Below, one piece after another: positions 13,446-28,100 of a stretch of DNA of 64,000 nt; within the stretch, counting starts at the first letter, position 1, and each line of letters opens with the position of its first letter. The DNA lies in the NCBI GenBank assembly GCA_030704615.1, contig CM060733.1, forward strand, positions 24,366,001 through 24,430,000, in the 5' to 3' direction. The notes under the pieces are model-generated. The model was not told where the DNA came from and searched no databases. It saw only the letters and a list, made by a program, of their open reading frames with translations. The translations under genes and the position numbers were made by a program. Origin of the DNA: Takakia lepidozioides (lineage: Eukaryota > Plantae > Bryophyta).

Positions 13446-14450
13446 ACCTGATCTCGAATCCGAGCTCAACACTTCAACGAATTAGACGCTGCACTGAGGA
13501 CTCACCATCCTTTACAAAGAGAAACTAGATGCTTTCCAGAAACTACAATCAGTTGACAGAACAGATCTTATGAGAGAAATTAGTATAGTTAATCTCTGGT
13601 GCTGAGATCATAAGAACAACTTAACGATCGACTAGCCAAGTTATTATCTAGACAGCCTTGACGTCAACTTCTGCAACTTCGATTGCTGACACCAGAGAAC
13701 GGCGAATATCCATAAATTCCTCTACGAATAATCTGTATAATATGCTATCGCTGCGAAGGCGAAGATCGAAGGGAAACATCTAGCTCTCCGCCCTCCACCA
13801 CCTAGCTAGCTAGCTCCTAGACATCTCTCGCCATGGAGACGACACCACATCCCACCGTCCACTCCCTGCCGCCGGCGTCCAGTGCCGACCGGCGGCCGGG
13901 CCACCAATTTCGAGATCTATTAATTTATTAATTTATTTAGGATTTTCTGTCATTTACTTATTTATTTTTATTTTTATTGTTTTAGAGAACAGGGGACAGT
14001 ACGGTACGGTGGCCCTGATAAAACATTATTTAACATTTATGTTCAATAAAAAAGAAAGAAAAACAGAAGCAGAAAAAAATCATAGAGGATAGATTAGTAG
14101 TAATTATAGTTAGCTATTTCACGAGGCGTCCGTCGTAACGTGCGCTGGCTTTCCGACGAGGTTCCCGAAGGGCAACCCGCGGGGGATATTTCCGGTACCC
14201 TAGTTAGCGGCGGTTAAGTGTGTGGTTAACGCGGCGACCTAATTCGATGAAATCGGAACCGTGGATGGGGTGACGGCGGAAGAGGGCCGTGGATGTGCAA
14301 CAGGTGGTGTAGCTAGACGCGAGGGGCTGCAGAAAAGAGGGGAGGTTTTGTGTCGACTCCGTGCTGTTGTTGTTGCTGTGCTTGAGATTGGGCCGCGCAG
14401 TCCGCTCTACAAGCTGTCGGCTGTGGCCGGTTAGACCTGAAGCCGTCGCA

Positions 14451-17400
14451 ATGGTGAGATTTGGCTGCTGTAGGAATTGTTTAGCTGAGGCATCATGGTT
14501 GTGGCAAGTTTTTCTGGGTTGTTTGTGGGATGAGTGCAGAAGCGGTGGCTGCTGGCTGGTTGTTTTGTTTGGCACGGGATCTTTTCTCGTGAGTTATGTT
14601 ACTGGGGTTGTTCTTTTCCAGTTACGGATGTAGATGTGTGCTGACATAGTATGTGGAATTGCAGGTGAAGTTTACTACAGAAGAGCTTAGGCGGATCATG
14701 GACAAGAAGCATAACATCAGGAATATGTCCGTGATTGCCCACGTCGATCACGGTACTACTCTTGACCTGTTTGTACCTAGTTCTTTAGAATCGATCTTTG
14801 CAGTTCTATGTAGCTTATGTACTGAACATTCTTGGGTATTCGACTTAAGTTTGAGAGGGCTGCCTTCACGGGTCTTAAGGACGACACATTTCATGTGCAT
14901 GCGACGTGAGGTTATCTGTTGATAGCTCGTGGGTAGTATGCAGTTTAGTGACGGTGCTGGATTCTGCCTTAAAATCCCATCTCGAGAAGTGCTGCCTGCA
15001 ACTAGATTGGTACGGTGGCTAGCAAGCATCTCTATAGCCATCAATGGGTTGTCTGCTTATTTGAGGGGTGTCCGTAGCCCGAATGAAGGCCGGTCTTACA
15101 AGGAATGCGTTCGAGGCTGTTTCAGTATGCCTGTGGCAAAGATACCCCTGCATGCGCTTTTAGGAGCCAACTCTGTAAATACTCTACTGTCAGACTGTAA
15201 ACACATGCTTAGTTCTATCTGTGTTTCTAGACCTGTATTTTTTCCCGTCACTCTACTGAAACGGACTGCGGGTGTCCCATGCAGGAAAGTCCACCTTGAC
15301 AGATTCCCTTGTGGCTGCTGCTGGCATCATTGCCCAAGAAGTAGCAGGTGATGTCCGGCTTACAGATACCCGAGCTGATGAGGCAGAGCGAGGTATCACC
15401 ATCAAATCAACAGGGATTTCTTTGTATTATGAAATGAGTGACGAGTCATTGAAGGATTACCATGGACCGAAGGATGGGAATGACTATCTCATCAATTTGA
15501 TTGACTCACCCGGACACGTGGACTTTTCATCGGAGGTTACTGCAGCCCTGCGGATTACGGATGGTGCTTTGGTGGTGGTGGATTGTGTTGAGGGAGTGTG
15601 TGTCCAGACTGAGACTGTGCTTCGTCAAGCACTTGGTGAGAGGATTAGGCCAGTGCTCACTGTTAACAAGATGGACAGGTGCTTCTTGGAGTTGCAAGTC
15701 GAGGGTGAAGAGGCATATCAGACATTTCAGCGAGTGATCGAGAGTGCCAATGTCATCATGGCCACTTATGAAGATAAGTTGCTTGGCGATGTGCAGGTAT
15801 ATCCTGAGAAGGGGACTGTTGCCTTCTCTGCTGGTCTCCATGGGTGGGCTTTCACTCTGACCAACTTTGCGAAGATGTATGCCAAAAGGTTCAACGTGGA
15901 CGAGAAGAAAATGATGGAGAGATTGTGGGGTGAGAACTACTTCGATCCAGCCACCAAAAAGTGGACTGCGAAGAACACTGGAGCGGCCACCTGCCAGCGC
16001 GGGTTTGTGCAATTTATCTACAACCCTATCAAGCAGATTATTAACATATGTATGAACGACCAGAAGGACAAGCTGTGGCCTATGATGAGTAAGTTAGGAA
16101 TTGCTTTGAAGGGTGAAGAGAAAGACCTCATGGGAAAGGCTCTAATGAAGAGGGTCATGCAGACCTGGCTGCCAGCAAGCAGTGCACTTCTTGAGATGAT
16201 GATCCATCATTTGCCCTCTCCTGCCACGGCCCAAAGGTACCGGGTGGAAAATCTGTACGAGGGTCCCTTGGATGACCAATATGCAAATGCCATCAGGAAC
16301 TGTGACCCTGAAGGTCCTCTCATGCTCTACGTTTCAAAGATGATTCCTGCCTCTGACAAGGGTCGGTTCTTTGCTTTTGGACGGGTCTTTGCTGGGAAAG
16401 TGTCCACTGGTTTGAAAGTCCGCATCATGGGGCCTAATTATGTGCCCGGACAGAAGAAGGACCTGTATACCAAGAGTGTGCAAAGGACAGTCATCTGGAT
16501 GGGGAGGCGTCAGGAATCTGTTGAGGATGTACCGTGCGGCAACACAGTGGCCTTGGTTGGTCTTGATCAGTTCATCACCAAGAATGCCACTCTGACCAAT
16601 GAGAAGGAAGTTGATGCTCATCCTATTCGGGCCATGAAGTTCTCTGTGTCACCTGTTGTGCGTGTTGCAGTGCAATGTAAGACTGCATCTGATCTGCCCA
16701 AGTTGGTAGAGGGGTTGAAGCGGTTGGCCAAGTCTGATCCTATGGTTGTTTGTACAATTGAGGAGAGCGGTGAGCACATCATTGCTGGTGCAGGCGAGCT
16801 CCATCTTGAGATCTGTCTCAAGGATTTGCAAGAGGACTTCATGGGAGGGGCTGAAATTGTGGTGTCTGATCCTGTTGTCTCTTTCCGGGAGACTGTTCTT
16901 GAGAAGTCTATCCGCACAGTGATGAGTAAATCTCCCAATAAACACAACCGACTTTACTTTGAGGCAAGGCCCCTTGAGGAAGGGTTGGCAGAAGCCATTG
17001 ATGATGGGCGCATTGGTCCTCGCGATGATCCTAAGGTCAGGAGTAAGATTTTGGCTGAGGAGTTTGGTTGGGACAAGGATCTAGCAAAGAAGATTTGGTG
17101 CTTCGGACCAGAGACAACTGGACCGAACATGGTGGTGGACATGTGTAAGGGAGTTCAGTATCTCAATGAAATTAAGGACTCAGTTGTAGGGGCCTTTCAG
17201 TGGGCCTCAAAGGAGGGTGCTCTTGCTGAAGAGAATATGCGAGGTATTGCATTTGAGGTGTGCGACGTGGTTCTCCATGCAGATGCCATACATCGTGGTG
17301 GTGGCCAGATCATGCCAACTGCCAGGAGGGTGATGTATGCAGCTCAGCTCACAGCCAAGCCTCGCCTTTTGGAGCCTGTGTACTTAGTGGAAATCCAGGC

Positions 17401-17725
17401 ACCAGAGGGCGCACTTGGTGGCATATATGGTGTGCTCAATCAAAAACGTGGTCATGTGTTTGAGGAAGTCCAGAGGCCAGGAACTCCTCTCTACAACATC
17501 AAAGCTTATCTCCCTGTCATAGAGTCATTTGGATTTTCAGGTACTCTTCGAGCAGCAACATCTGGGCAGGCCTTCCCCCAGTGTGTCTTTGACCACTGGG
17601 AGATGATGAACAGTGACCCACATGACTCGACTACACAGGCAGGTGTAATAGTCACAGACATCCGTAAGCGTAAGGGTCTGAAGGACCAGATTACTGCCCT
17701 TTCAGAGTATGAAGACAGGCTGTAA
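14451..17725 (+). CDS. EEF2: Eukaryotic translation elongation factor 2
   Basis: Exons 14451-14453 (ATG only), 14665-14752 and 15285-17725 total 2532 nt, or 843 aa. Motifs AHVDHGKS, RGITI, DSPGH, NKMD and the diphthamide loop [11 protein letters not shown]; GT-AG introns in phase. Confidence 0.98.
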
Positions 17726-18898
17726 TTTCCATGCAGCTTGGTGTTGAGCAAGGTTCTATGATATGCGTCGTTGCCAGCTTTCTCAGGGTAACATAGAAAG
17801 TTCATGTTTTACTCATATTTTTTATGTGGTATGTCTTCGTTAGTTCAGGCTCCAGGCCATTTCTGGCCCAATTGAGAGGTGTACCTGATTGCTCGGGAAG
17901 TTGGGGTGGCCCTGAGGCATGTAGAGGGCAATGCCATGCCAACTTTTTTAAGAACTATTTCACTCACATGTGGTATCAAGCCTGTCTTGTTAATTGCCTC
18001 TGGGAGAGACTCTAGTCTATGACTAGAAATTATAGCTTCAGCGTCAGTCAATTATTATGGGCATTTTTGAAATGCTGGAGCAGCATGATTTCGGCGCTGT
18101 TGACAGCAGGATGACATCCGTTTATAAGGCTTTTTGTTGAGTATCTTTTTATCTTTCTATCTCATGCTCTACTTGGTGGGGTTATTGCGAATACATGTTC
18201 TACTGTGTGCTCTCTGCTAGGCTTGTCTAGGCTGTCTGGTTTGATTGGGAAGTACAGACTACTCATGAGGTTTCATATTTCATCAGACTGGTGTAAACCT
18301 CATAACACAAACTATGTTTTTGAATTGTGGCCGGAATCGTTGCTTGTGTGGATGTTGCTGTCAAAGCACATATCTAGTGCACTGCAGACTGACCAACTTG
18401 CATACAATCTCCTTACATTATAAGATGTTCCAACATAGGGCTGATTGGGCTGATAGTAAAGCAGGAGATGTTGTGAAGGACCTCGACCATTGATGCGCTG
18501 TGGATGGAAACTCATGACAGTCCACATTCTGATGTGTAACCAAAGGAGATACCGTTAGGTTGAAATGTTTAGGAAAGCTTACAACATCAACTTTGGAGGC
18601 ACCAAACAAATCTAGACTTGGACAAGAAACCAAAAAGTTACACCTCCCTCAAAACATTGTCATTCATCACAGTTGAGCATTCCTGCATTTTAAGCAAGTA
18701 CATCTCATACAGTAAACACTTTGAAATGACCTGCAAGCTGTCAGCATTGGCTTGTTCACTTCCAATGGCTTGTAGCTCCTGTTGAAATCATGATCATCAA
18801 GAGACACCAGAGACGTCATCTATCTATCTATATATAGTAGTGCCCTGCTAATGGCAAGGCCAATGAAGAAAAGCTGGTCTAGACTTTTGCACCTAATG

Positions 18899-19975
18899 TC
18901 ATACATCACAACTACTTGTTGAGCTGAAGACCTTTTTTTTTCTGCTCCAAAAGAATATGAGATTGTCATTGCTCACCACATTCAAATAGTAGAGGGCCCA
19001 ACTAGTTCTTGCAATGTCCAGCCACTGTGCATCAGTCGTTGCAGAAACTTTGAACTCCCACACGCATATGATGGGTGGGGCTGAGCCACCACGATCAAGA
19101 TTCCCAACAAGCAATAGGCCCCCCCCACTCTGGACCATCTGTACTACCATGACACACCACCTCCACGAAAGTCAGGCATCTGTATAGCAACTTTAGTCCA
19201 CACACCGCTGCCAATGTTACAAGCCAAAAGGTGTCTGTCAGGCAGCTCTCGTAGCTGCTCATAAAGTAGAGCAAAGAGAGTAGGGCCACATATCACACTT
19301 CTTGAACACCAGTCCAGATCACCAACTGTTGGCATCTTTCCAGTCTCGGTCCAACACTCGCAAATTGAGTCATAGATGTGTGTTCTCCAAAGTCTAGTGT
19401 CGCCGACATACTTGAATGATAGCACAATGACCTTGTAGCTCTTGGTGCATCTATCAACAATCAAATTTACTCTTGGCACTTGGACACGTGATGGATTGTG
19501 AGGCAGGGCAGGCAATTGTCTGAAAGTGTTCAGGAGAGGATTATACACAAACCATGATACGTAATGATCGCCCCGCCCTCATCGCACTCGTCCTGATCGC
19601 GCTCGTCCGTTATGCAAAATAAGCCTCCATCTGCAGCACGAGCTGTGTATGGTGAATTATCCTTGGGGAATTTGAGGCCGATCCTGTGCACCGTCGAGTT
19701 GTGGGGGCATACAACATGCAAACATCTGGGGTTACGTATCTGTTTAAACACCAGTCGTAGGATTCATGTGGGCTTACGTATCTGTTTAAACACCAGACGT
19801 AGGATTCTTCGTGAAGAGGGAGCTGCTGACAGAGTTGTTGGAAACTAGCAGTAGATGGGAGGGAATTCCACAACTTGCGAACCGACTTAAAGCGGACAAG
19901 ACTTCGATATGGCAAAAGGGCCAACACTACCATCACTAACTCGAAAGGGAGCCGGCTCCAAATCTCCTCCTCCAT
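18899..19975 (-). pseudogene. F-box (kelch/FBA-like C-terminus) gene, frameshifted
   Basis: MEEEIWSRLPFELVMVVLALLPYRSLVRFKSVRKLW F-box. The following AADGGLFC, YNPLLNTFRQLPALP, YKVIV, THIYDS..W and LLLVG segments lie in successively different ORFs with no intron-sized gaps. 3' end approximate. Confidence 0.8.
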
Positions 19976-20939
19976 ACTGCCGAGGTGGGTTCGGTGACAA
20001 AACCTCTCCAATTGTGTTCTTGTGATCCTAACCTCAACGGAGCTTGGGGGAAAAAATTTAGGGGAAGAAAGACTCAGCCCTGAGCCCAACTATTGTTGGT
20101 ATCATTCCTTTGCTATCAAAAGCCTCGCTACTGCATTGCTATTCTGGTACTCAACCTTCTTTGCTAGCCACCCACTCCCCCTTTTACTAAGCTTATTTGC
20201 AGCCGTGCTGTGTATTCCGTAGTCTCCCCATAGAAACCGTAAAATCCCTAAAAAATCTTTGCTTCGTATGGATAGCAAGCTTGACTGGGTACCCGTTTTC
20301 AAGAATATCGATGTGTTGTATGTCTCAACGACAGCTCGTTGGAACTCGTGTCGACAGCTCGTTGGGATACGCAAGTAAAGTGGAGTAAAGTTAGGCAAGT
20401 TAAGTAGAAATGCCCACTTGTGTAACTGAATTGAGACAGTGCGGCAAGCGCGAAGGAATCTACTGTACCACTACGCGGTGTCACCATCCATCTTTCTCCT
20501 TCGTCTCCCTCCGCAGCCCTAGACGACCCTTCTCTAGATGTGAATCACCGCACTTGAGCCGCCGTTCTTGCAACTGCTGCACTGGAAAGCTTTGATCATC
20601 ACCAACGCTGCGTGTGGTGTCTACAAGTTTAGTGGACTGGAGATGTAGCGTGAGAAGGAAGCTTGACTTGCTTGGCACAGACAGGAGCTACAGATTTGTT
20701 GAGATGATTAAGTTGTATCCATATCAAGCATTCCACTTATGTCTCCAGTACTTTCCAGTTATGGAATAAAGGCCATGCTTTCCACTCACCCCATGCCCGT
20801 TGGCCAGATTCAGGAGAAGCGGGGAACTTCGCTCATGTATGACATCTCAAGATTACACCTTGTAACCTTGCTCAGAAATTGTGACAGTGAGATTGATCGA
20901 TGTTGTATATGTATCTCCTGCGTTTTCTAATTCAGTATG

Positions 20940-22248
20940 TAGCATGTGGTTTTAGTTGGCATGGATCACATCTGGTTTCCAGAACAGGAGATATTGGGCA
21001 CAGTCCTCATCTACTATGGTTGCTGTGCCTCTGCAGGCACCAGGTAGAGCTGAGAATGAATTTGCCAGTATTGGAACGTCAGAAGTCCTTAGAAAGAGAA
21101 TTGCATCTTCCCATCGGCCTTCACTGACGGCACCTGAAGGGAAGGAGAATAACGGCATTGCCAAAGGTTGATGCACTATCATTGTGGTTCACACAAGAGG
21201 ATCTTGATTACCTCACAGAACAATTTGAGAACACAGGATTCACTGGCAGTCTCAATTATCCGGGCCATTGACAGGTGCAAGGTCTACTAACTTTGAGTGG
21301 CCCTCCTCTGTTTTTCTGTTTTCCTTTGTTCGTTGCAAGGAAAGAGGGGGACACCCCAGATCACACTTACTAGACCAGCAACCTCAATCACCACCTTGGA
21401 AGGCAAAGAAATGCCCTTTTAGAAGGGCCAGCAGGCAAAGAAATACATTTAGTGCAATAAAAAGAAATATTATAAAAGATTTTGGTGAATGCTTTAAACT
21501 ATTTTCCTTTCTTCTTACTCCGAAGTGTGATTGAAGCCATGCGTATACACCTGTGTTAAGACAGAGCTACAGTAGCACTGTAGAAATAAATCAACGGTAT
21601 GCCAGCCAATGCCAGCCCTTGAATTATCACTACATCCGTTTTGATCGTCATCAGCTGAGCAATAGCGTGTAGTCGAAGTCCTCAGGAGGGTTGGTATCTC
21701 AAGCAGCTCTACATCCTCAAGGGTCAGTCATAGCCAGCTTTCAGAGGGTCCTACCCTCGTTCGCACCACCTGAGTTGAAAACCTCAGGATTCTGGGAGGC
21801 TTTGTACCCTGCAGAAATTCCCGTGAGGTTGTGGGTGAAACTTAAATGAGAGAAAGGCAGACGACTATGGCTGAAGCCAGTGGAAGTAAGAGCCATTTCT
21901 CATAGCAAGCTAGGGTACTGGTGCTAGCTCTATGAACTTAAATAAAATATCCAGTGGCATAACTTGCAGCTCTCATGATGGGGATAACATTTGTTCAGGA
22001 CATGGGAACTGAAGGCCCCATGGACAAATAGGGGAGTGAAGACACCTTGTTTGTTCATTGCTGGTGATAAAGACCAAGTTTGGGAGTTACCGGGGCTTAA
22101 GGGCTACATCCATGGTGGGGACTCCAAGAACCTGGTGCCCAATCTGAAGGATGTTATTGTGCTCAAAGGTGGTCATTTTATTCATGAGGAGCAGAGCGTC
22201 AAATTCAACGAGTTAGTGATCAATTTTTTTAAAGATTGCCAACCATAG
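20940..22248 (+). pseudogene. Soluble epoxide hydrolase (alpha/beta hydrolase) relic
   Basis: QAPGRAENEFASIGTSEVLRK (about 21033-21170, then a stop) and last exon RTWELKAPW..VKTPCLFIAGDKD..LVPNLKDVIVLKGGHFIHEE match plant sEH. No intact N-terminal HGFP/GHDWG exons found. Confidence 0.72.
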
Positions 22249-23714
22249 CTGTGACTACTAATAACTCTTTTCCCGCACACTGGTTCTCCCGATCTTAAGC
22301 AGTAGTAATTTTAAGAGAGCAGACATTGACTTGAACTTTGACAGAGTGTGTGCAATCTTGTATTGAGAAACCTAGAAGTGGACATGCTCAAAGGCACTTC
22401 TATTTGTAAAATTATTTGATTTCAATCAGATTGGACGGGAGGGCAAGATTGACTATGTAATTACCCAGTCTGCTGCTCTAAACGAAAAGCGTAGTGATTT
22501 TGGTAGTCAACCCAAAACCATCAAACACACTATTGAATCCATTGCTCACATGCTAGGACATTTTGCAACACTTCAGGTGGCTGGGTCACTGGACCACTCT
22601 TGATGTCACCCTTGTGTGTTACGGACACTTGATTTCAGCTCTGATATCATACCAACCCCCATAATGGTTTGTGAAGATATTCACATTGAGCCATCAAAAT
22701 TTGGAACAGAAGTTGCTAACTCACAGCTTTTACCTCAGAGACCCTCAAAGCTAGCTATTCCTACTTGTCAACAGCTTGTTCTATAATCCATACATAGCTT
22801 ATGATACTTTTGCCAGGTATATGTAGAAGTAAGGGTGCACTGGTGCGGCAGACAAATGGCAATTTTGTCACATTGTTACAGAACTCCCTGTGCATGGGGG
22901 GCACTAGCACACTGAAAAAACTCAAATTTTGGCATGGAGCCTGTGTGTAGGGAGGATCTCAACTGTAGATGGCCTCTCTGCTGAAGTCACTAAAGAAACT
23001 ACCTGTGCGAACAAGACAGTGATCATTGAACCCGATTGTAGAAGGGAGTAAACATGTCCTACATAACTGTCTTCTCATCCAGGCTTGCTGAAGCATCTTC
23101 TCAAAGTGGGTGCGTGCACCCCCAACTTGTGGCATATTTGTATGTAAAGTAGCTGCCCTGTGCATTCCCTCCTGACACTAACCACAGCTTGTGCTGCTAT
23201 ACATTTGACTAGTGGAACTGATGCCTATTCTTTCTCTAAAATTTTTCTCTTACTAGGTGGACACAAGTATTGAATGTGGGTGTGAGGCTAATTATGTTGC
23301 GAAGGAAAGAGGGCTAGCTAACCTGAATTCAGCTGTAACACTACAAGACCCCCATCGCATCGAAAGCTGTTGAATGTACGGGTGCAAGAATTTAGCGATC
23401 AGCACAAAATCACGGATCCAGCACCTGCATCCCAAAGCCCCATGCCCGAATGACAAAGATATGACATGACAGGTCACTGTTACCACAACAAGTCAAAGTT
23501 AACATACATTGAAGGTCTGAAACATAACTTTTACTTCCTTGTCAACAGAAGGATGGGTTTTTTGGTGATACTTTAGAATAAACCTCGAGCCTAGTCTTCA
23601 AAAGGCCTACGATCTGGATTTCGTGATCCAACAACTAAGCCAAAATTGAAGCTTGTATGGTATAACACCCAAGGCAAATTGGATAGGACTACCTGACTTG
23701 TACCAAACCCTCCT

Positions 23715-23954
23715 CTGTAATACTGATGAATTACCTCGTTCCCCGCGGCTATGGTAGTGAGCGACTCGCACAAACATGTCAGATGATATTTCTCTTGAGC
23801 CAGCGCCGAGCGGTTTGTTTGTTTGTTTGTTTGCCTGTGTTTCGCAAGCACAAAGTGAGTTGGGCACTGGCTCAGAAGAATATCGTCCGACATGTCTGTG
23901 CGACACGCATCACTAAATAGCCGTGGGGAACGAGGCAATTCATCAGTATTACAG
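23715..23954. repeat. Foldback (long inverted repeat; MITE-like or hairpin-RNA template)
   Basis: Arm 23715-23807 is the reverse complement of 23863-23954, with the outer 38 bp matching at 36/38. The loop of about 55 nt contains (GTTT)n. No exact TSD found. Confidence 0.85.
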
Positions 23955-25180
23955 GCCTCTGCCTGCAGATCGCCACAGCAAAACTCCGCCCGCCTTGAGA
24001 GAGAGAGGACGTGAGAGAGACCTGTTGCTTTTCAATAGCCCATGCCCTCTTGCCCGTGCCACGGGATCCTCTGGAATAAGACCCGCGTATTGGAATCTTT
24101 CAAGGGTTAGGGGGGCTTAGAAGCATGGCCTTTTTGGTATTCCGTATCCGTATGTGGTATGTGTACCCATGTCTACCCATACGAAAGCCTTCATTGTGAA
24201 AGAGGTTATTTTTCTCCTTTCACTGATTTGTGAGCTGTTGCTCCCAGGTGTTTCCCTTGATCTGATAGATATCTGTATCCTTTTTTTTGTTTTTAAATTT
24301 TTATCTGTATCTATCATTTCGTTAACAGAGAACGTCCTTCTCACATTCATGCACACTAGAAAGGTTGTTCATGGACAAGCCAACATGAAGACTGTAACAG
24401 ACTACTGTTATTCTGCAATCATGACATTCAGTGCAGTAATTTCTGCTCAAAATCAGGTGCTTTCAGACTACACCATAGGCGCAACACATCAGCCTTTGTT
24501 GCTTCTAATCGGAAGATCCTAAATGAGGACCTCAACAATTTGGTCTACTGCTTGAATCCAAGGCATGGGTGCTTCTTCAATGGCAACCACGGACACCCCA
24601 AAAATAAAGAACTCAGGACTCAAGGAGCCATGTTTGCAGATTGCACCTGCATTGTGAGGGACGTGTGCGCTGTGGAGCCGTTGAGAGATTTAACCATTTG
24701 AACAATCATTCGACAATTCATTCAATAATCAACCAATCATTTGGACAAATGGATATACACCACTCCATCTTAAGAGAATCAACAACATGAGGGCAAATTC
24801 ATAACCTCATGACATGGAGCTCAATGGCTTCTTTAATTGCACAAAGCATCAAGGATTCCAAACTACTCAAATTTCACCTTAGGAGCTTGGTCTCTTGAAA
24901 CATTATCGTCCCCACAAACCTGGAGACCAAATTTGAAATCCAGAAGATCTCGTGCATTTCTACAAACTCTTCATCTCATTATCATCTAATCACTCATAGG
25001 GCAAGCCATTTGTTGGATTGCTGCCCTCTATCTTGACCATGCAAAACTTGAGTTACGTCAGAAACAGAAACGCCTCAAAGATGGGCAAGATCAAAGCTGT
25101 GCCGTCAGATCTCCAATGAAGCCATTGGGGCATACCAAAAGGGCATCGAAACAAGCAGACGTGTCTCAGAGGACAGACAT

Positions 25181-28100
25181 TTAAGAGCCATCTAGAGGGT
25201 TGTCTGCTTGGCATTTGGCATCTGTCTCCAACACTTCGAATTTGCTAGGGCTCCAATGACAAATAAGATGCAAGCGAAACGCAGCCATCTGGACTCCCAA
25301 AAGTCTCTGTTTTGTAAACGGAATGATTAGCAAAAGCACTTGTGGAGGTGAAATGGAGCATCATCTTCAAGACACATCAACTGAACATTGAAGAGGGAAG
25401 TCAACAAATCACTGTCCTTGAGGATCTTAGACAAAGACCAGAAGACAAGTGATGGGGAATACTGTGACAATGTCACACTGAGTTGACATTGCTGAGTGGC
25501 AGGTTGACAAGCAACTTTCATACCCTCAAATCACACAAGCGCCTTGATGTGGTCTGATGAAGTTGGCCCCCCAGTTCAAGGCATCTTACAGTACAGGAAC
25601 ACCCTTAGATGAAAGGATCAACAACGTACCAAGATCCGTGAAGCCTCTGGTGAGATGGCACCTCCATCTTTACATACAGTGTAATCTGCAATTAACTCCA
25701 CCACCCCTGCATCAAGCAAGAGAAAATGCAGCAGAGATATTAGTGCCAAGGAAGGGGAACTGGGAGAAGGGGATCAAGGCTCCAACATGGGGCGCCTGCT
25801 TACCTAGTCCCTTACCATAAAAGCCATCAAACTGCAAAAGATGTGGCATCGGTGAATAGGTCTGCCATGTTACATAATGCATCACAAGACCATCTGCACA
25901 TACACTTCACATATGGAAAATTCATCCCTACAAAATTACTTACTCCAGGAAATACATATCAGAAGCTGTGGAGATATTCTATTTCTCCCAACTTCTCATA
26001 CACAAAGTCAAACAGGTATGCGCATAGACCTCTATTAAGGCGCACAGGCATGCCCTGCTTGCGTAGAAATGGTTCCATATCATGGGTGAATTGCTCCAAT
26101 GGCCCCTCTTGCAACTCCACCTGCCATGATGTTTCATTTGTCCTTTATGCAGCCTCAATGGCAATGACCATGAAAAAAGCAAAGATACACCAAGACCTGC
26201 AGATCATAACAAAACTGTCCAGGTGGAAGCTTGGTGTGTGCTGGTGTGTGTGGTGACAGAGAGAATGTACTCATAAGACATTGTTTTCTGCCATAGACCC
26301 AGTTTGGGCGGTAGCGGAACAGTGACACAGAGAGAGAATGTACTCATGAGACATTTTCCACAGCCTTGTGGCCAGTTTCGGCAGAACTAGAGGGCACAGA
26401 AACTGCCTTTGTGAGGTGCTCACTCCGGAAGTGGGACTCACCTTGATATAAAAAAATATTTCGGGCTTTCCAGATATGCTCTAGAAAACTCTTCACACAA
26501 GGGTCGATCTGCTGTGTGAGCTTCCTAGCAATCAGACCCCAACAAGGCCAGGACTTTAGGCTCAGCCTCACGACTTTAATAGTTGGAGACAAAAAAGAAA
26601 GGTAGAAGATTGTACTGTCTCAGTGGCAAGGCTCCCAGTCCGTGCAAAATCGTACTCCTCAAACTCTTCAAATAACCTGTAAACAAAAACATAATAAGTG
26701 ATAAAACAATACCTACTGAAGACAGGTAACTCCAACCTGACCCTTATGAGTGAACCTATTGCTAGGGCTTTTCAGAGAGGACCAATAGATGGCTGACTAG
26801 TCACATATTTACACCTACAGAAAGAACTAGTGGTTGAAATCTTAGAGGCAGTGCACCTGTTTGTTGGTCTTGACATGAATATTACAGCATAACGATTGAT
26901 TCCAAGCAAAAAATGTGCAGTCGTTGGCAAGGGTGGACAATGTGGTCCAGCAATGTGACACCTGGCAATAACATTGCCTTCTAGGATTGAAATACTCTCA
27001 TACTTGGAACAGAGATGTGGCTCTAAAATCCTAAGAAAAAATCTAGATTGTTGTGCCACTTAAAGTCTAACTCTGAGATAGATCACTCTTCTGAGGTGCA
27101 CTACACTTTCAACTGTGTGTACATACCTGACAACTTCTTCCTTCGGTAGATTGGTAAAAAACAGGCCACAGTCCCCATGCAGCATCTGCACCGCCACCAT
27201 CAAACGCTATTTATATTCTTGAATGCTCTTATGGAATGCTATAGTAGTGATGTTTACATTGTTCAAGAGGAGGCTACCTCGCTGGCTTTGTGGATGCCCT
27301 CTTTGATCTCATCACCATCTGTCCGCCCCAGTGCAATTTGAAGTACCTTATTTGACCCCAGGAAAAATCTGCCCACACTCAGAAAACAGTTATATTCTTG
27401 GCAAGAGTCTATTGGAGAAATAAAATGGCAACATCATAGAAATAACAAACAACACAAAAACAAAGCCAACTGCACAGGCATCAGGAACAACCCCGTTTAA
27501 GCATTTCATATGCTATCTAAAGACAACCGTGAAGCTCCTGATTCGAAATACAACTTGTAGTTCCACAAGAATGTCTACCAATGACCCTCTTTCTGTGTCT
27601 TGTTGGTACAAGCATCTTTGCAATTGCAGTCTCCCACAACAAATTAAAAACACAAACCCATAGCTATCGATCTGTGCATCTTGTATTAATATACACGACT
27701 TAGTTTCTCATACATCCATGTAACACAACTAGAGACCATGCATGGCAGAGACTTCTACCTGCTACTATTTTTCAGCTTGTCCCTGAATTCCTTGAACTTG
27801 GTGTTGCGCATGTTTTCAAACGAGAAGATATAGAGTGACGAGTACTCATCGAGGCAATCACGCACTGTCTTCACCAGCGATTCTTTCTGCTCCTTGCCCT
27901 TCTTCTTTGTCTTGGACAACGTCACTGCAACAATTTCAAGTCACAGCCGTGTGATTCGCTGTCAGATTGCTGGTCGTGACAAGCTAGAGTAACCAACAAC
28001 CGCATGGTGGGAAGTTCATGAGTCCCAAGACCAAGAGGTTGTTTGGCTCTCACTATCAGAAGGGTTCGGTCAAAGACATGCTCCACGAATCTATCAGGTA

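Noticed and set aside
14753-15284. Intronic snoRNA in eEF2
   Set aside because: No convincing C/D or H/ACA box pair with terminal stem seen.
15501-17805. Antisense and alternate-frame ORFs over eEF2
   Set aside because: Shadow ORFs of a long coding exon with no motifs.
22959-23486. Minus-strand ORFs as a gene
   Set aside because: No recognisable motifs or consistent exon chain.
25040-25180. Possible LINE zinc-finger relic
   Set aside because: Lies immediately after the MRT4 stop codon and is best read as 3' UTR; similarity too weak.
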